A stretch of 64,000 bases of DNA from Sphingomonadales bacterium (GCA_009993585.1 JAACTG010000114.1:8372-72371), one strand, 5' to 3'. Shown: positions 49,357 to 59,658, counted from the stretch's first letter. Notes: generated by a model not told the origin, from the letters alone. Numbers and translations: made by a program.

Positions 49357-51017
49357 ACGTCTTCGCCCGCGGCACGGGCACGGTCGATGATGCTCGCCTC
49401 GACCGCGGGCAGCTTGCGCGCCGAATAGATCAGCAGTCCGATCGTGACCGGGGCCACGAACAGGACCGACAGCATCGCGAAGCGCAGATCGCCGGTGACG
49501 TCGGCGACCAGGCCGACGCAATAGGGTCCCATGCCCAGTCCGATGATGTTGGTGCCAAGAAAGAACACCGCCGCCGCGGTCCCGCGCATGCGCGGCAGCA
49601 CCATGTCCTGCGTCGTCGCGGCAACCGGCGCGAGCCACATGATCTGCAGGAAATTGACAATCCACAGCAAGGTCAGGAACAGCTGGCGCGATTCGGTGGT
49701 GAACTGGAAGTAGAGCAGAATCGCGCTGACGACGAGCGCGGCGATCACCATGTAGAGCCGCCCGGCGGGATGCAGGCGGCGCGCGCGATCCGATGCCCAG
49801 CCGCCGATGAAGACGCCGAGCATCCCGGCGCTGGCCAGGATCCAGCCGAGCGTGCGCCCTTCTTCGGGCCCGACGCCGAACACATTGACCATGTAGACAT
49901 AGACGAACGGCGACAGGCCGTAGCTTGCAAAACTGGCGAGACCGCCGACGAGCGCCAGCGCGCCGAATGTGCGGTTGCCGATCAGGCGATTGGCGACCGG
50001 GTCGCGATGCGCGAGCGATTGCAGCCAGCTGAAGCTGCCATAGACGCCGATTGCGATCGCGCCCCACTGGACCATGTTGGTGGTCAGTTCGAAGCCGCCG
50101 AAGGTGGCGATCGCGGCGCGCTTTTCAGGCGGCAACATGGCGTCGGTCCAGCCGACAAGAGCGACCGCGACGACGATCAGCCCCACGAACATCGCGATAT
50201 TGACGATCAGCGGGCGGCGCTCAGCGGCGCGACCGCGCGCGACGGTGATCATGCTGAACGGCGGGAACATTGCCGCCAACTCGCGCCCGACCGCGGCGAA
50301 CGGGCGCGGCGCGACTGCGGGCGACGGCACGCCGTCCATCGCCCCGCGTATCGGCTCGCGGATCGTGGTCAGGACGAGCACCGCCAGCAACAGGCCGGGA
50401 ATGCCGAATGCGAGAAAGGTCGCCTGCCAGCCGGCGATGCCGAACGGGCGCGTCGCTTCGGTATAGGTCGTGTCCCAATAGGAGATGACCTCGCCGCCGA
50501 GTGCGAGGCTGGCTCCGACGCCAAGGTAGATGCCCGCCGAATAGATCGCGATCGCGGTTGCGCGCTTGGCCTTGGGAAAATAGTCCTGGATCAGCGAATA
50601 AGCTGCCGGCCCGGCGCTTGCCTCGCCAATGCCGACGCCGACGCGCGCGCTGCCGAGCTGTGCGAAATTGGTTGCCAGCCCGCTCACCGCCGTCATCCCC
50701 GACCAGAAGCCGAGCCCGAGCGAGATCGTCCGAACCCGGTGCCAGCCGTCGGCGAGCTTGGCGAGCGGAATGCCGAACAAGGCATAGAACAGCGCAAAGG
50801 CGGTGCCGAACAGCAGCCCCAGCTGCGCATCGCTGAGGCCGAGATCGGCCTTGAGCGAAGGCGCGAGAATGGTGATGATCTGGCGGTCGAGGAAATTGAA
50901 CGCGTAGATCACCATCAACACCGCAAGGACGTAGTAACTGTAAAGCGGTGTGCGCGCGGGCACCGTCGTTTCGTCGCTCGGGGCCATGGCCTCCGTTTGG
51001 TCGGTCTGGTCGGCCAT
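49353..51017 (-). CDS. MFS transporter (Spinster-like subfamily)
   Basis: About 12 TM segments. The N-terminal motif reads NFLDRQIITILAPSLKADLGLSDAQLGLLFGTAFALFYALFGIPLAKLADGW. Confidence 0.85.
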   Translation of the reverse strand: MADQTDQTEAMAPSDETTVPARTPLYSYYVLAVLMVIYAFNFLDRQIITILAPSLKADLGLSDAQLGLLFGTAFALFYALFGIPLAKLADGWHRVRTISLGLGFWSGMTAVSGLATNFAQLGSARVGVGIGEASAGPAAYSLIQDYFPKAKRATAIAIYSAGIYLGVGASLALGGEVISYWDTTYTEATRPFGIAGWQATFLAFGIPGLLLAVLVLTTIREPIRGAMDGVPSPAVAPRPFAAVGRELAAMFPPFSMITVARGRAAERRPLIVNIAMFVGLIVVAVALVGWTDAMLPPEKRAAIATFGGFELTTNMVQWGAIAIGVYGSFSWLQSLAHRDPVANRLIGNRTFGALALVGGLASFASYGLSPFVYVYMVNVFGVGPEEGRTLGWILASAGMLGVFIGGWASDRARRLHPAGRLYMVIAALVVSAILLYFQFTTESRQLFLTLLWIVNFLQIMWLAPVAATTQDMVLPRMRGTAAAVFFLGTNIIGLGMGPYCVGLVADVTGDLRFAMLSVLFVAPVTIGLLIYSARKLPAVEASIIDRARAAGEDV

Positions 51018-51108
51018 CTACATTCCCAAGCCCGCTTCGCGCGGTTCAAGGGCCGGACATGGCAAATTGATTCGAGCTTGGCCAGCGATTAGCTCGCAAG
51101 ATCGCGGC

Positions 51109-51294
51109 TCAGTCGCCCTTTTTGTCGGGCAGACCCTTGCGCTTGGTCTGGGCAAAATCCTTGAGCTCGTCTTCGCTCATCGAAGCGTACATCGATTTCG
51201 ATGCACCTTTCAGTTTCGATTTATCGGTCTCGCCGCGTTTCGCCGAAAGCGCGGCGCCTGCCGCCTTTTGCTGGGCTTTCGATGTTGCCGGCAT
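51109..51294 (-). CDS. DUF3008-like small basic protein
   Basis: 61 aa: MPATSKAQQKAAGAALSAKRGE...GASKSMYASMSEDELKDFAQTK. Strong SD AAGGAGA lies 6 nt upstream. Confidence 0.7.
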   Translation of the reverse strand: MPATSKAQQKAAGAALSAKRGETDKSKLKGASKSMYASMSEDELKDFAQTKRKGLPDKKGD

Positions 51295-51333
51295 GGTGTA
51301 TCTCCTTTGTCCTGCCGTTGGCTACATTGGGAT

Positions 51334-51358
51334 AACCGGAAAGAGGGCACCGCGTTCC
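51334..51358 (-). promoter_or_regulatory. Candidate EcfG-type promoter (GGAAC-N16-GGTT) upstream of the DUF3008 gene
   Basis: The minus strand reads GGAAC-gcggtgccctctttcc-GGTT, ending 39 nt upstream of ATG 51294. The variant is the same as the one upstream of nepR. Confidence 0.45.
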
Positions 51359-51366
51359 CGAGCGGC

Positions 51367-51831
51367 TCAATCGCGCCCCATGCGGGCAACGACGCGGACG
51401 AAAAACGCGGTCGACCAGCCGAGCAGGATGACGCCGTTGACCCCTTCGATCGCAGCGACAAGCTTCCAGCTATTGGCGATGCTCTCGTCGTCGTAACCGA
51501 TGGTCGCATAGGTGATGGTCGAAAAATAGACCGCCTCGCGCAAATCGGGCAGCGCGTCGACGACAAGGTAGAACGCTCCATAGAGCCAGATTTCGAAGCC
51601 GTGCAGCGCGATCAGCCCAAGGACCAGCAGCAATGTTACCGCCATCCCTCGCAGCGACATAGGATGGAGGTGGCCGATCGACTCTTCTCGCGCCTCGATC
51701 CTTAACAGCCGTGCCAGCCCGTATATCCCGCCGCCATGGACGAGGACGGTGAATACCACCATCAGCGTGGCAAAGAAGAGTTCGGTCAGCATGATGGCAC
51801 GGGTTCGACCACCCCGGGCGCGGTCTGTCAA
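51367..51831 (-). CDS. Two-TM potassium-channel-like protein (Ion_trans_2)
   Basis: TM1, pore helix, then the filter-like sequence TYATIGYDD, then TM2. Alternative start ATG 51792. Confidence 0.75.
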   Translation of the reverse strand: MTDRARGGRTRAIMLTELFFATLMVVFTVLVHGGGIYGLARLLRIEAREESIGHLHPMSLRGMAVTLLLVLGLIALHGFEIWLYGAFYLVVDALPDLREAVYFSTITYATIGYDDESIANSWKLVAAIEGVNGVILLGWSTAFFVRVVARMGRD

Positions 51832-51911
51832 TCTGGACGCGTGCGCGCCGTACTCCCGCTTTCTCGATAATCCCCTTTGCCTGCCCCGGCGCGGCTTGCT
51901 ACCCGCCGGGC

Positions 51912-54182
51912 ATGGCCGACAGCACGATCAAAGATAGCGACCACGATCCCTTCGACGCGATCGTCGATGCGCCGTTCGATCGCGCGCTGTCGCAGCGCTA
52001 CCTCGTCTACGCGATGTCGACGATCACCGCGCGCTCGCTGCCCGACCTGCGCGACGGTCTGAAGCCGGTCCAGCGGCGGCTGCTCTGGGCGATGCGCGGA
52101 TTGAAGCTCGATCCGTCGCAGGGCTACAAGAAATGCGCGCGCGTCGTCGGCGAGGTGATCGGCAAATATCATCCGCACGGCGACCAGTCGGTTTACGACG
52201 CGATGGTCCGCCTGGCCCAGTCGTTCGCGCTGCGCTTTCCGCTGGTCGACGGGCAGGGCAATTTCGGCAATATCGACGGCGATGGCGCCGCCGCCTTCCG
52301 CTATACCGAGGCAAAGCTGACGCGCGTCGCGGTCGATCTGATGGCGGGGCTCGACGAAGGCACCGTCGAATTCAAGCCGACCTACAATGGCGAGGAACGC
52401 GAGCCGGAAATCATGCCCGGCCTGTTTCCCAACCTGCTCGCCAACGGCGCGAGCGGCATCGCCGTCGGCATGGCGACGAGCATCCCGCCGCACAACGTCG
52501 CCGAGGTTATCGACGCGGCGAGCCTGCTGATCGACAACGGCGACGCGACCACCGCCGAACTGCTCGAATGCGTCCGCGGACCCGATCTGCCGACCGGCGG
52601 CATCATCGTCGACAGCGCCGCCGCGATCGTCAACGCCTACGCTACCGGGCGCGGGTCGTTCCGCGTTCGCGCGCGCTTCGGCGAGGCTGAAAAGGGGACG
52701 GGCGCGGGCAGTTGGCAGCTGATCGTCACCGAAATTCCCTATCATGTCCAAAAGGGCAAGCTGATCGAACAGATCGCCCAGCTGATCGTCGACAAGAAGC
52801 TGCCGATCCTCGACGATGTGCGCGACGAATCGGACGAGGAGATCCGCATCGTCCTCGTCCCCAAGAGCCGTAACGTCGATCCCGAAATCCTGCAGGAAAG
52901 CCTTTATCGGCTGACCGATCTCGAAACCCGCATCTCGCTCAACATGAACGTCCTCGACGCCAGTCACACGCCGCGCGTCATGGGTCTGAAGGAGGTGCTC
53001 GAACACTGGCTCGCGCACCAGTTCGAGGTGTTGCTAAACCGCGCGCGCCACCGGCTCGGCAAAATCGACGACCGGATGGAGCTGCTCGACGGCTATATCA
53101 TCGCCTTCCTCAACCTCGACCGCATCATCGAGATCATCCGCACCGAAGACGAGCCGCGCCCGATCATGATGGCCGAATTCGCGCTGACCGAGCGCCAGGC
53201 CGAGGCGATCCTCAACATGCGCCTGCGCAGCTTGCGCAGGCTCGAGGAAATGGAACTGCGCCATGAACGCGAGGGGCTCGAGAAAGAGCGTGCCGAGCTC
53301 GTCAAGCTGATCGAAAGCCCCGCACGGCAGCGCACCCGGCTCAAGCGCGACCTGGCAGAAATGCGCAAGGTCTATGCGCCGGATACGCCGCTCGGCGCGC
53401 GCCGCACCACGATCGAGGAAGCCGCGCCGGCGCGCGACATTCCGCTTGAAGCGATGATCGAGCGCGAGCCGGTGACCGTCATCCTGTCGCAGCGCGGCTG
53501 GATCCGTGCGATGAAGGGTCATGCCGATCTTGCCGCGCTCGACGCCGGCAAGTTCAAGGAAGGCGATACGCTTGCCTTTGCGCTTCACGCGCAGACCACC
53601 GATCGCATCGTCTTCGCCTGCGACAACGGGCGGTTCTACACGCTCGGCGCCGACAAGCTGCCCGGCGCGCGCGGTTTCGGCGAACCGCTGCGGCTGATGG
53701 TCGATATCGACAGCGATGCCAATGTCGTCGCCATGACCCGTGCGTCGGCGACCGCAAAACTGCTTGTCGCATCGAGCGACGGGCGCGGCTTCGTCGTGCC
53801 GCTGGCGGCAGCGGTATCGGAAACGCGCAAGGGACGGCAGGTCGTCAACCTCCGGAAGAACGCGCGTCTCAAACGGGTGCGAATGATCGGCACCGCGCAC
53901 GATTACGCGGCGGTCATCGGCGACAACCGCAAGCTCGTCGTGTTCCCGCTGTCCGAACTGCCCGAAATGGTCCGGGGCCAGGGCGTCATGATGCAACGCT
54001 ATCGCGACGGCGGCCTCGCCGATGCGGTCAGTTTCCGGTTCGAGGATGGGCTCAGCTGGGCGATGGGCGGAGACAGCGGCCGGACGCGCACCGAGGTCGA
54101 CCTGACCCCCTGGCGCGTCGCCCGCGGTGCCGCCGGCCGCATGCCGCCGACAGGATTTCCGCGCAACAATCGCTTCGATTGA
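51912..54182 (+). CDS. parC: DNA topoisomerase IV subunit A
   Basis: Contains [21 protein letters not shown]...[20 protein letters not shown]...[10 protein letters not shown] (active-site Tyr region). About 755 aa, without a GyrA box. Confidence 0.85.
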   Translation: MADSTIKDSDHDPFDAIVDAPFDRALSQRYLVYAMSTITARSLPDLRDGLKPVQRRLLWAMRGLKLDPSQGYKKCARVVGEVIGKYHPHGDQSVYDAMVRLAQSFALRFPLVDGQGNFGNIDGDGAAAFRYTEAKLTRVAVDLMAGLDEGTVEFKPTYNGEEREPEIMPGLFPNLLANGASGIAVGMATSIPPHNVAEVIDAASLLIDNGDATTAELLECVRGPDLPTGGIIVDSAAAIVNAYATGRGSFRVRARFGEAEKGTGAGSWQLIVTEIPYHVQKGKLIEQIAQLIVDKKLPILDDVRDESDEEIRIVLVPKSRNVDPEILQESLYRLTDLETRISLNMNVLDASHTPRVMGLKEVLEHWLAHQFEVLLNRARHRLGKIDDRMELLDGYIIAFLNLDRIIEIIRTEDEPRPIMMAEFALTERQAEAILNMRLRSLRRLEEMELRHEREGLEKERAELVKLIESPARQRTRLKRDLAEMRKVYAPDTPLGARRTTIEEAAPARDIPLEAMIEREPVTVILSQRGWIRAMKGHADLAALDAGKFKEGDTLAFALHAQTTDRIVFACDNGRFYTLGADKLPGARGFGEPLRLMVDIDSDANVVAMTRASATAKLLVASSDGRGFVVPLAAAVSETRKGRQVVNLRKNARLKRVRMIGTAHDYAAVIGDNRKLVVFPLSELPEMVRGQGVMMQRYRDGGLADAVSFRFEDGLSWAMGGDSGRTRTEVDLTPWRVARGAAGRMPPTGFPRNNRFD

Positions 54183-54276
54183 TCTCAAATCGAAAGTAAC
54201 CAATATTTTACAGCGCGTACGCTAACGCCTTTCCCAGTGTTGCCGATACCCAGACGGATCGGCAGAAAGAAGGCGT

Positions 54277-55977
54277 GTGCTGGAACAGACAGGCGGACAT
54301 ACCAAGGTCAATAGGTCGTCCGGAGACGCGCGCTGCGCCGAGCCCGAAAGGCTGTCCAGCCTGCTCGATGCGATGCCGATCGCTACCGCCATCGTCGAAA
54401 TCCGCAGCGACGGCCTGTTCGATATTGCCATGGCGAACACGCTGTTCCGCAAGATCGACCTCAGCCGCCACGGCAATGAAAACTTCGCGGTTTTCACCGA
54501 TCGCATCGGCGATTTCGCCGGCAGCGACGAAATGCTGACCCAGTTCGATTGGCGCATGGGCTGCAAGATTGCCGGGCGCGATTTCATCGTCAGCCTGTCG
54601 CGCCTTGCCGGCGAGCCGGCAACGATGGTGCTGGTATCGCTGCTCGATCGAACCAACCAGCTGCAGACGGAAAAGAGCCTGCGCCGCGAAATGGTGTCCG
54701 ATGCGCTGACCGGCCTCCCCAATCGCAGCGGATTTGAAGAGGCCGTCGACAAGGCGCTCAGCCAGCCGGAAATGCAGGAACAGCAATTTGCGATCCTGCT
54801 GATCGACCTGTCGCGGTTCGGACGGGTCAACGAGGCGATCGGGCCGCTTGCCGGTGACGAATTGCTGATCACCGTCGCCCGCCGCCTGCAATCGAACCTG
54901 CGCGCGGGCGACTTCCTCGCGCGGACTGGGGGCAACGAGTTTTCCATTTTCGCCAAGGTGACGAGCGGGCGGCTCGACGTGCACGAGCTGGCGCGACGCG
55001 TACGTGCGTGTTTCGACAATCCTTGCCGCCTGTCAGAGCTCAAGATCAGTATCGACTGCGCGATCGGTTGCGCAATTCAGAAAAATGGCAAAGTCGATGT
55101 CGAGGACGCTATTCGCCATGCGCAGATCGCGCTCAAGCAGGCGAAGCTGTCCGACCGGACCGAAATCTACGAACCCCAGGTCGGAACCGTGACCAGGGAT
55201 CGGTTCAGCATGGAGACTCAGCTGCGCGACGCGATCGAGCGCGACGAACTCTCGTTGGCGTTCCAGCCGCTGATCGACCTCAAGTCCGGGGCGGTCGCAG
55301 GTTTCGAGGCGCTGGCGCGCTGGCATCACGCCGACGGCACGATCGGACCGGCCGATTTTATTCCTATCGCCGAAGATTCAGGGCTGATCGTTCCGCTCGG
55401 TCGCTGGGCGATCCAGACCGCAGCGCAGACGCTGGCCGACTGGGATGCCCGCCTGGGCCAGCTTATCCCGGTATATGTCGGGATCAACGTGTCGGCCATC
55501 CAGCTCGCCCGCGACGATGTTGTCGGGATCGTCCGCAATGCCATGACCGATGCCGGCATCGGCGGCGAGCGGTTGATGCTCGAACTGACCGAAAGCGCCA
55601 TTATCGGCGATCCCGACAGGGCAATGGCGGTGCTCGCCGATCTCAAGACGCTCGCTACGCGCATCGCGATGGACGATTTCGGGACCGGCTATTCGAACCT
55701 CGCCTATCTGCAGCGCCTGCCGATCGACGTTCTCAAGATCGATAGGAGCTTCGTTCAGGCGATGGCCGAGGACAACGACCAGGCGGCGATCCTGCGAACG
55801 ATCCAGGGTCTTGCCGAATCGCTCGGCATGCAAACCACCGCCGAGGGCATCGAGAACAAGGAAACCGAGCGCGCGCTGTCGTTGCTCGGCTGCACCTTCG
55901 GCCAGGGCTATTATTATTCTGAAGCCGTCGATGCCGACGCGGCGTTCGCTTACTGGGAACGCTCGCTCAAACGTTGA
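54277..55977 (+). CDS. PAS-like / degenerate GGDEF / EAL signalling protein
   Basis: GGDEF domain (LTGLPNRSGF...RAGDFLARTGGNEFSIF) and EAL domain (FEALARW...DDFGTGYSNL...KIDRSF). GTG start. Confidence 0.85.
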   Translation: MLEQTGGHTKVNRSSGDARCAEPERLSSLLDAMPIATAIVEIRSDGLFDIAMANTLFRKIDLSRHGNENFAVFTDRIGDFAGSDEMLTQFDWRMGCKIAGRDFIVSLSRLAGEPATMVLVSLLDRTNQLQTEKSLRREMVSDALTGLPNRSGFEEAVDKALSQPEMQEQQFAILLIDLSRFGRVNEAIGPLAGDELLITVARRLQSNLRAGDFLARTGGNEFSIFAKVTSGRLDVHELARRVRACFDNPCRLSELKISIDCAIGCAIQKNGKVDVEDAIRHAQIALKQAKLSDRTEIYEPQVGTVTRDRFSMETQLRDAIERDELSLAFQPLIDLKSGAVAGFEALARWHHADGTIGPADFIPIAEDSGLIVPLGRWAIQTAAQTLADWDARLGQLIPVYVGINVSAIQLARDDVVGIVRNAMTDAGIGGERLMLELTESAIIGDPDRAMAVLADLKTLATRIAMDDFGTGYSNLAYLQRLPIDVLKIDRSFVQAMAEDNDQAAILRTIQGLAESLGMQTTAEGIENKETERALSLLGCTFGQGYYYSEAVDADAAFAYWERSLKR

Positions 55978-57158
55978 GCCATGATCGCGCGCGCGCGTGT
56001 CGCGTCGGGAAAATCATCCGCCACCCATTGCTCTTCGATCTCGCGCAACAGCCGCGCGACTTCTGGCCCGACCGGGACGCCCTGTGCGACCAGCATGCCG
56101 CCCTTGATCGGGAATTGCGGTGGCGTCCAGCCTTCGAGCCGGTCGAGAGCCCGGGCTGCATCATCGGGGTCGGCGGCCAGCAACCAGCGGTCGCGCGCTC
56201 CCTCGATGCCGATCGCATACGCAAGATGGCGGGGATCGGCGGTGCGATCGAGCGGCTCGGTGCGGGCGCACCTGAATCGCCTGCGGATGGCGGTCGACAC
56301 TTTGAGCCGCGTGGCCAGCGCGACCGCCTTCGCCGCATCGACCGGGGCCATGGCGATCAACCGCCGGACCGGGTCGATCGCGAGATCGCACGCACGCTCG
56401 CTGGCGATGAGCCGTGCCAGCCGGTCATGCGACGCCGTGTCGAATTCGGGAATGATCGCGGCGAATATTCCGCGCTCGATCATCAGCAGGACGGTTCCGC
56501 GGGGATCGGGCAAGGCGAGGAGGCGCAGCAGTTCTCCGGCGAGCCGTTCTTGCGAGAGGCTGCGCATTGTCGTCGCTTTTGCGGTGACCGCCGCCAGCGC
56601 CTCGGCGTCGGGCGCGCCCTGGCCGAAACGTGCGTGAAAGCGAAAGAAGCGCAGGATGCGCAGGTGGTCTTCGTCGATCCGCCGGTCGGCATCGCCGATG
56701 AACCGGACGCGCCCCTCGGCGAGATCGGCGAGACCGCCGAAAAAGTCCGTGACCCGTCGGGTCGCGGGGTCGGCATAGAGCGCGTTGATCGTGAAATCGC
56801 GTCGCGCCGCGTCCTCGCGCCAGTCGGTCGAAAACCGGACCGTCGCGCGGCGGCCGTCGGTGGCGACGTCGCGGCGCAGCGTCGTCACCTCGAACGGCCG
56901 TCCGTCGACGACCGCGGTGATCGTGCCATGCGCGATGCCGGTGGGGACCGCCTTGATACCGGCATCCCTCAGGCGGCGCGCGACCTCTTGCGGCAGCAGC
57001 GGCGTGGCAAGATCGATATCGGTTACCGGCAGGCCCGCAATCGTGTCGCGCACCGCGCCGCCGACATAGCGGACCGCGCCGCCATCGGCGCTGAGCGCAT
57101 CGACCAGCGCGGCGAGGCGCGGATCGTCCTGCCATTCGGCGGGCGGCAGCCGCGTCAT
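55950..57158 (-). CDS. cca: CCA-adding tRNA nucleotidyltransferase / poly(A) polymerase family protein
   Basis: Contains VGGAVRDTIAGLPVTDIDLAT...GIAHGTITAV...EVTTLRRD...RRDFTINALY. Confidence 0.85.
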   Translation of the reverse strand: MTRLPPAEWQDDPRLAALVDALSADGGAVRYVGGAVRDTIAGLPVTDIDLATPLLPQEVARRLRDAGIKAVPTGIAHGTITAVVDGRPFEVTTLRRDVATDGRRATVRFSTDWREDAARRDFTINALYADPATRRVTDFFGGLADLAEGRVRFIGDADRRIDEDHLRILRFFRFHARFGQGAPDAEALAAVTAKATTMRSLSQERLAGELLRLLALPDPRGTVLLMIERGIFAAIIPEFDTASHDRLARLIASERACDLAIDPVRRLIAMAPVDAAKAVALATRLKVSTAIRRRFRCARTEPLDRTADPRHLAYAIGIEGARDRWLLAADPDDAARALDRLEGWTPPQFPIKGGMLVAQGVPVGPEVARLLREIEEQWVADDFPDATRARAIMAQRLSERSQ

Positions 57159-57799
57159 GCGCGCGTCCCGCTGCCTAGCACGCGGTTGAAACGCGCCGGC
57201 TCGCGATCGAGCCCCAGCCGCGCGGCGAGGTTGATGACCATCCCCGCGGTCGCGCCCCAGACCGTTTCGTCATGGCCGATGATGCGGAAATAACGCCGGA
57301 TTGCGCCCTCCCATTCGCTTTCCTGCGGCTCGCGATTGGCGGGATCGAACAGGATGTCGGCGCGGATCTCGAACACGCTCGCGACCTCCGCGGGATTGGG
57401 CCGAAGGTCGAGGTCGGGCGGGACCGTGACGATGACCGGGGTGACATGAAAATTGGTCCCGGTCAGGTAGGTCGGCCCCGTCCCGACGACGTCGGCGGCG
57501 GTGCGCGGCAGCGCGATTTCCTCTTCGGCCTCGCGCAGTGCGGCGACGATCGCGTCCTCGCCCGGGTCGATGCGCCCGCCGGGAAAGGCGACCTGCCCGG
57601 CATGGTTGCGCAGCGCTTGGGTCCGCCGCGTCAGGATGACGGTCGGCTCGGCGCGATCGACAAAGGCGACGAGGACCGCCGCCGCCACCGCTGGGCCGTC
57701 GGGATCGCGATTCGACCAGGCGTCGTCGCCGATCAGGGCGACCGGCGCGGCATCATGTTCGGCGAGCGCGCGGGCGAGCGATGCGGCGAGCGTCGTCAC
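57155..57799 (-). CDS. NUDIX hydrolase, CoA pyrophosphatase-like
   Basis: Nudix box GQVAFPGGRIDPGEDAIVAALREAEEEIAL. Start and stop overlap both neighbouring genes. Confidence 0.8.
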   Translation of the reverse strand: MTTLAASLARALAEHDAAPVALIGDDAWSNRDPDGPAVAAAVLVAFVDRAEPTVILTRRTQALRNHAGQVAFPGGRIDPGEDAIVAALREAEEEIALPRTAADVVGTGPTYLTGTNFHVTPVIVTVPPDLDLRPNPAEVASVFEIRADILFDPANREPQESEWEGAIRRYFRIIGHDETVWGATAGMVINLAARLGLDREPARFNRVLGSGTRA

Positions 57800-58386
57800 G
57801 CCGGCGCCAGTGCGAACATGGCGCCGTCGCTCCAGATCGCGGGCGGAGGATCGCCATCGACATCGTCGAGCGCCAGGCCGACGAGCTCGTAATAGACCGG
57901 CCGCACGATCAGCGCCTCGAGGCCGTTGCCGATCTTGCCGCGGACATGGAGATAGGGGTGCGGACCGTCGTCGCGATCCTCGAACCGCAGCGGGTGATCG
58001 CTGCCGGCGACCACGATGTCCCCCGTATTGAGGCGAAAGGCGAGGCGGCGGTTCCGCCCCGCGCCCTCCGCCTTGACCTCGACCGCGGTAAACGGCGCGT
58101 CGTCGACGGCGAGGGCGAGCCTCTCGACCGGCGTGACCAGCACATGGGATCCGTCGGGCTCACGCCGCAACACGGTCGAAAACAGTTTGACCATCGCCGC
58201 GCGACCGATCGGCGTGCCCTGATGAAACCAGGTCCCGTCGGCGGCAATCCGCATTTCGCTGTCGCCGCAATGTTGCGGATGCCATTTTTCGACCGGGGGG
58301 AGCGATCCGTTGTTCGCATAGCGCATCAACTCGGCGAGCGAGGTCGAGGCGAGATCGGGGGCGGGGGGCTGGATCGGTTCGGCCAT
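57796..58386 (-). CDS. DUF1285 domain protein
   Basis: Contains KWHPQHCGDSEMRIAADGTWFHQGTPIGRAAMVKLFSTVL. It is followed by Nudix and cca genes, an arrangement I recall as conserved in alphaproteobacteria. Confidence 0.75.
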   Translation of the reverse strand: MAEPIQPPAPDLASTSLAELMRYANNGSLPPVEKWHPQHCGDSEMRIAADGTWFHQGTPIGRAAMVKLFSTVLRREPDGSHVLVTPVERLALAVDDAPFTAVEVKAEGAGRNRRLAFRLNTGDIVVAGSDHPLRFEDRDDGPHPYLHVRGKIGNGLEALIVRPVYYELVGLALDDVDGDPPPAIWSDGAMFALAPA

Positions 58387-58518
58387 GATGCGTCTTCGAA
58401 TACGCAAAAGCCGTGCTTCACGCAAAGGCGCAAGCGTCGCGCCTCACCGCGCACTCGACCGGGGCGAGCGGCGCGGCTATGCGATGAGGCCAGAGCAACC
58501 GACAGAAAGCGCCGTTCC

Positions 58519-58896
58519 TTGTCCCACACCGACCAGCTGGTCCTCGAAGTCAGCGATCTCGAAATCGACGTGCTTACCGGCATCTATTCGGAGGAGACCC
58601 ACCTGCCGCAGCCGCTGCGCGTATCGGTGCGCGCCGAGCTCAAGATCGCCGACCGCTATGCGCCCGACACCGCTTTGTCGGAATCGAAAAACTATATGGA
58701 CCTCAAGCACGCGGTGACCGAGGCGATCCCGCGCGATTGCCATTTCACGCTGATCGAGGCGGTCGCCGACCATATCATCGAAACGGTCTTCCTGCAGGAC
58801 GACAAGGTGTCGGCGGTAGCGGTTTCGATCGTCAAGCTGGCGATTGCCGAGCGCGGCGAGAAGATCGGCATCACGATGCGGCGAACGCGGCGGTGA
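58519..58896 (+). CDS. folB: Dihydroneopterin aldolase
   Basis: About 125 aa containing LEIDVLTGIYSEETHLPQPLRVSV...DYMDLKHAV...TLIEAVADHI. There is no in-frame ATG; TTG at 58519 is proposed. The track ORF from 57781 is an over-extension. Confidence 0.7.
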   Translation: MSHTDQLVLEVSDLEIDVLTGIYSEETHLPQPLRVSVRAELKIADRYAPDTALSESKNYMDLKHAVTEAIPRDCHFTLIEAVADHIIETVFLQDDKVSAVAVSIVKLAIAERGEKIGITMRRTRR

Positions 58897-59657
58897 CAGA
58901 GCGCGCGGGACCGATCGCGCTGGTGACGGGCGGGCTGCACCGCGTCGGCGCCCAGATTTCGGCGACGCTCGCCGCGGCCGGTTACCGCCTTGCCCTGCAC
59001 GGCCGCAGCGACCCCGCGCCCGACGACGATCTCGCAACGGCGCTGGGCGAACACGCCACCGACTTCGCGGTCTTTGCCGCCGATTTCGCGCTGCCCGATG
59101 AGGTCGACGATCTGGCGCAACGGGTCAGCGCCCATTTCGGGCGCGCGCCGGATCTGCTGGTCAATAATGCGTCGCTGTTCGAACCGGGCGGCTGGGAGGC
59201 GGCCGACGATGCCGCGATGCGCCGCCACATGCAGGTCAACTGCCTCGCCCCGATCGCGCTCGCCCGCGCGGTCGTCGGGCGCGCCGACCAGGGCCAGACG
59301 CAGGCCATCGTCAACATCCTCGATCAGCGCGTCGCAAGTCCGGTTCCCGACCAGTTCGCCTACAGCATCTCGAAACAGGCGCTGTGGCAGGCGACGCGGA
59401 CGCTGGCGATCGCGCTGGCGCCGCGTGTCCGGGTCAACGCCGTCGCCCCGGGCCCGACGCTGCCGAGCGAGGATTACGATACCGACCAATGGGACAAGGT
59501 GGCGGCGATGCTGCCGCTCGGGCGCCATTCGAGCGGGCGCGGGATCGCCGATGCCGTGCGCTATCTCGCGACCGCGAGCGAAGTGACCGGGCAGACGCTG
59601 TTCGTCGACGGCGGCGCCAGCCTGAGGGGCTGGGACCGCGATTTCATGTATTTATAG
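58893..59657 (+). CDS. SDR family oxidoreductase (possibly pteridine/dihydromonapterin reductase-like)
   Basis: Cofactor motif ALVTGGLHRVGAQI and catalytic YSISK. The GTG start overlaps the folB stop (GTGA). Confidence 0.7.
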   Translation: MTERAGPIALVTGGLHRVGAQISATLAAAGYRLALHGRSDPAPDDDLATALGEHATDFAVFAADFALPDEVDDLAQRVSAHFGRAPDLLVNNASLFEPGGWEAADDAAMRRHMQVNCLAPIALARAVVGRADQGQTQAIVNILDQRVASPVPDQFAYSISKQALWQATRTLAIALAPRVRVNAVAPGPTLPSEDYDTDQWDKVAAMLPLGRHSSGRGIADAVRYLATASEVTGQTLFVDGGASLRGWDRDFMYL

Positions 59658-59658
59658 G

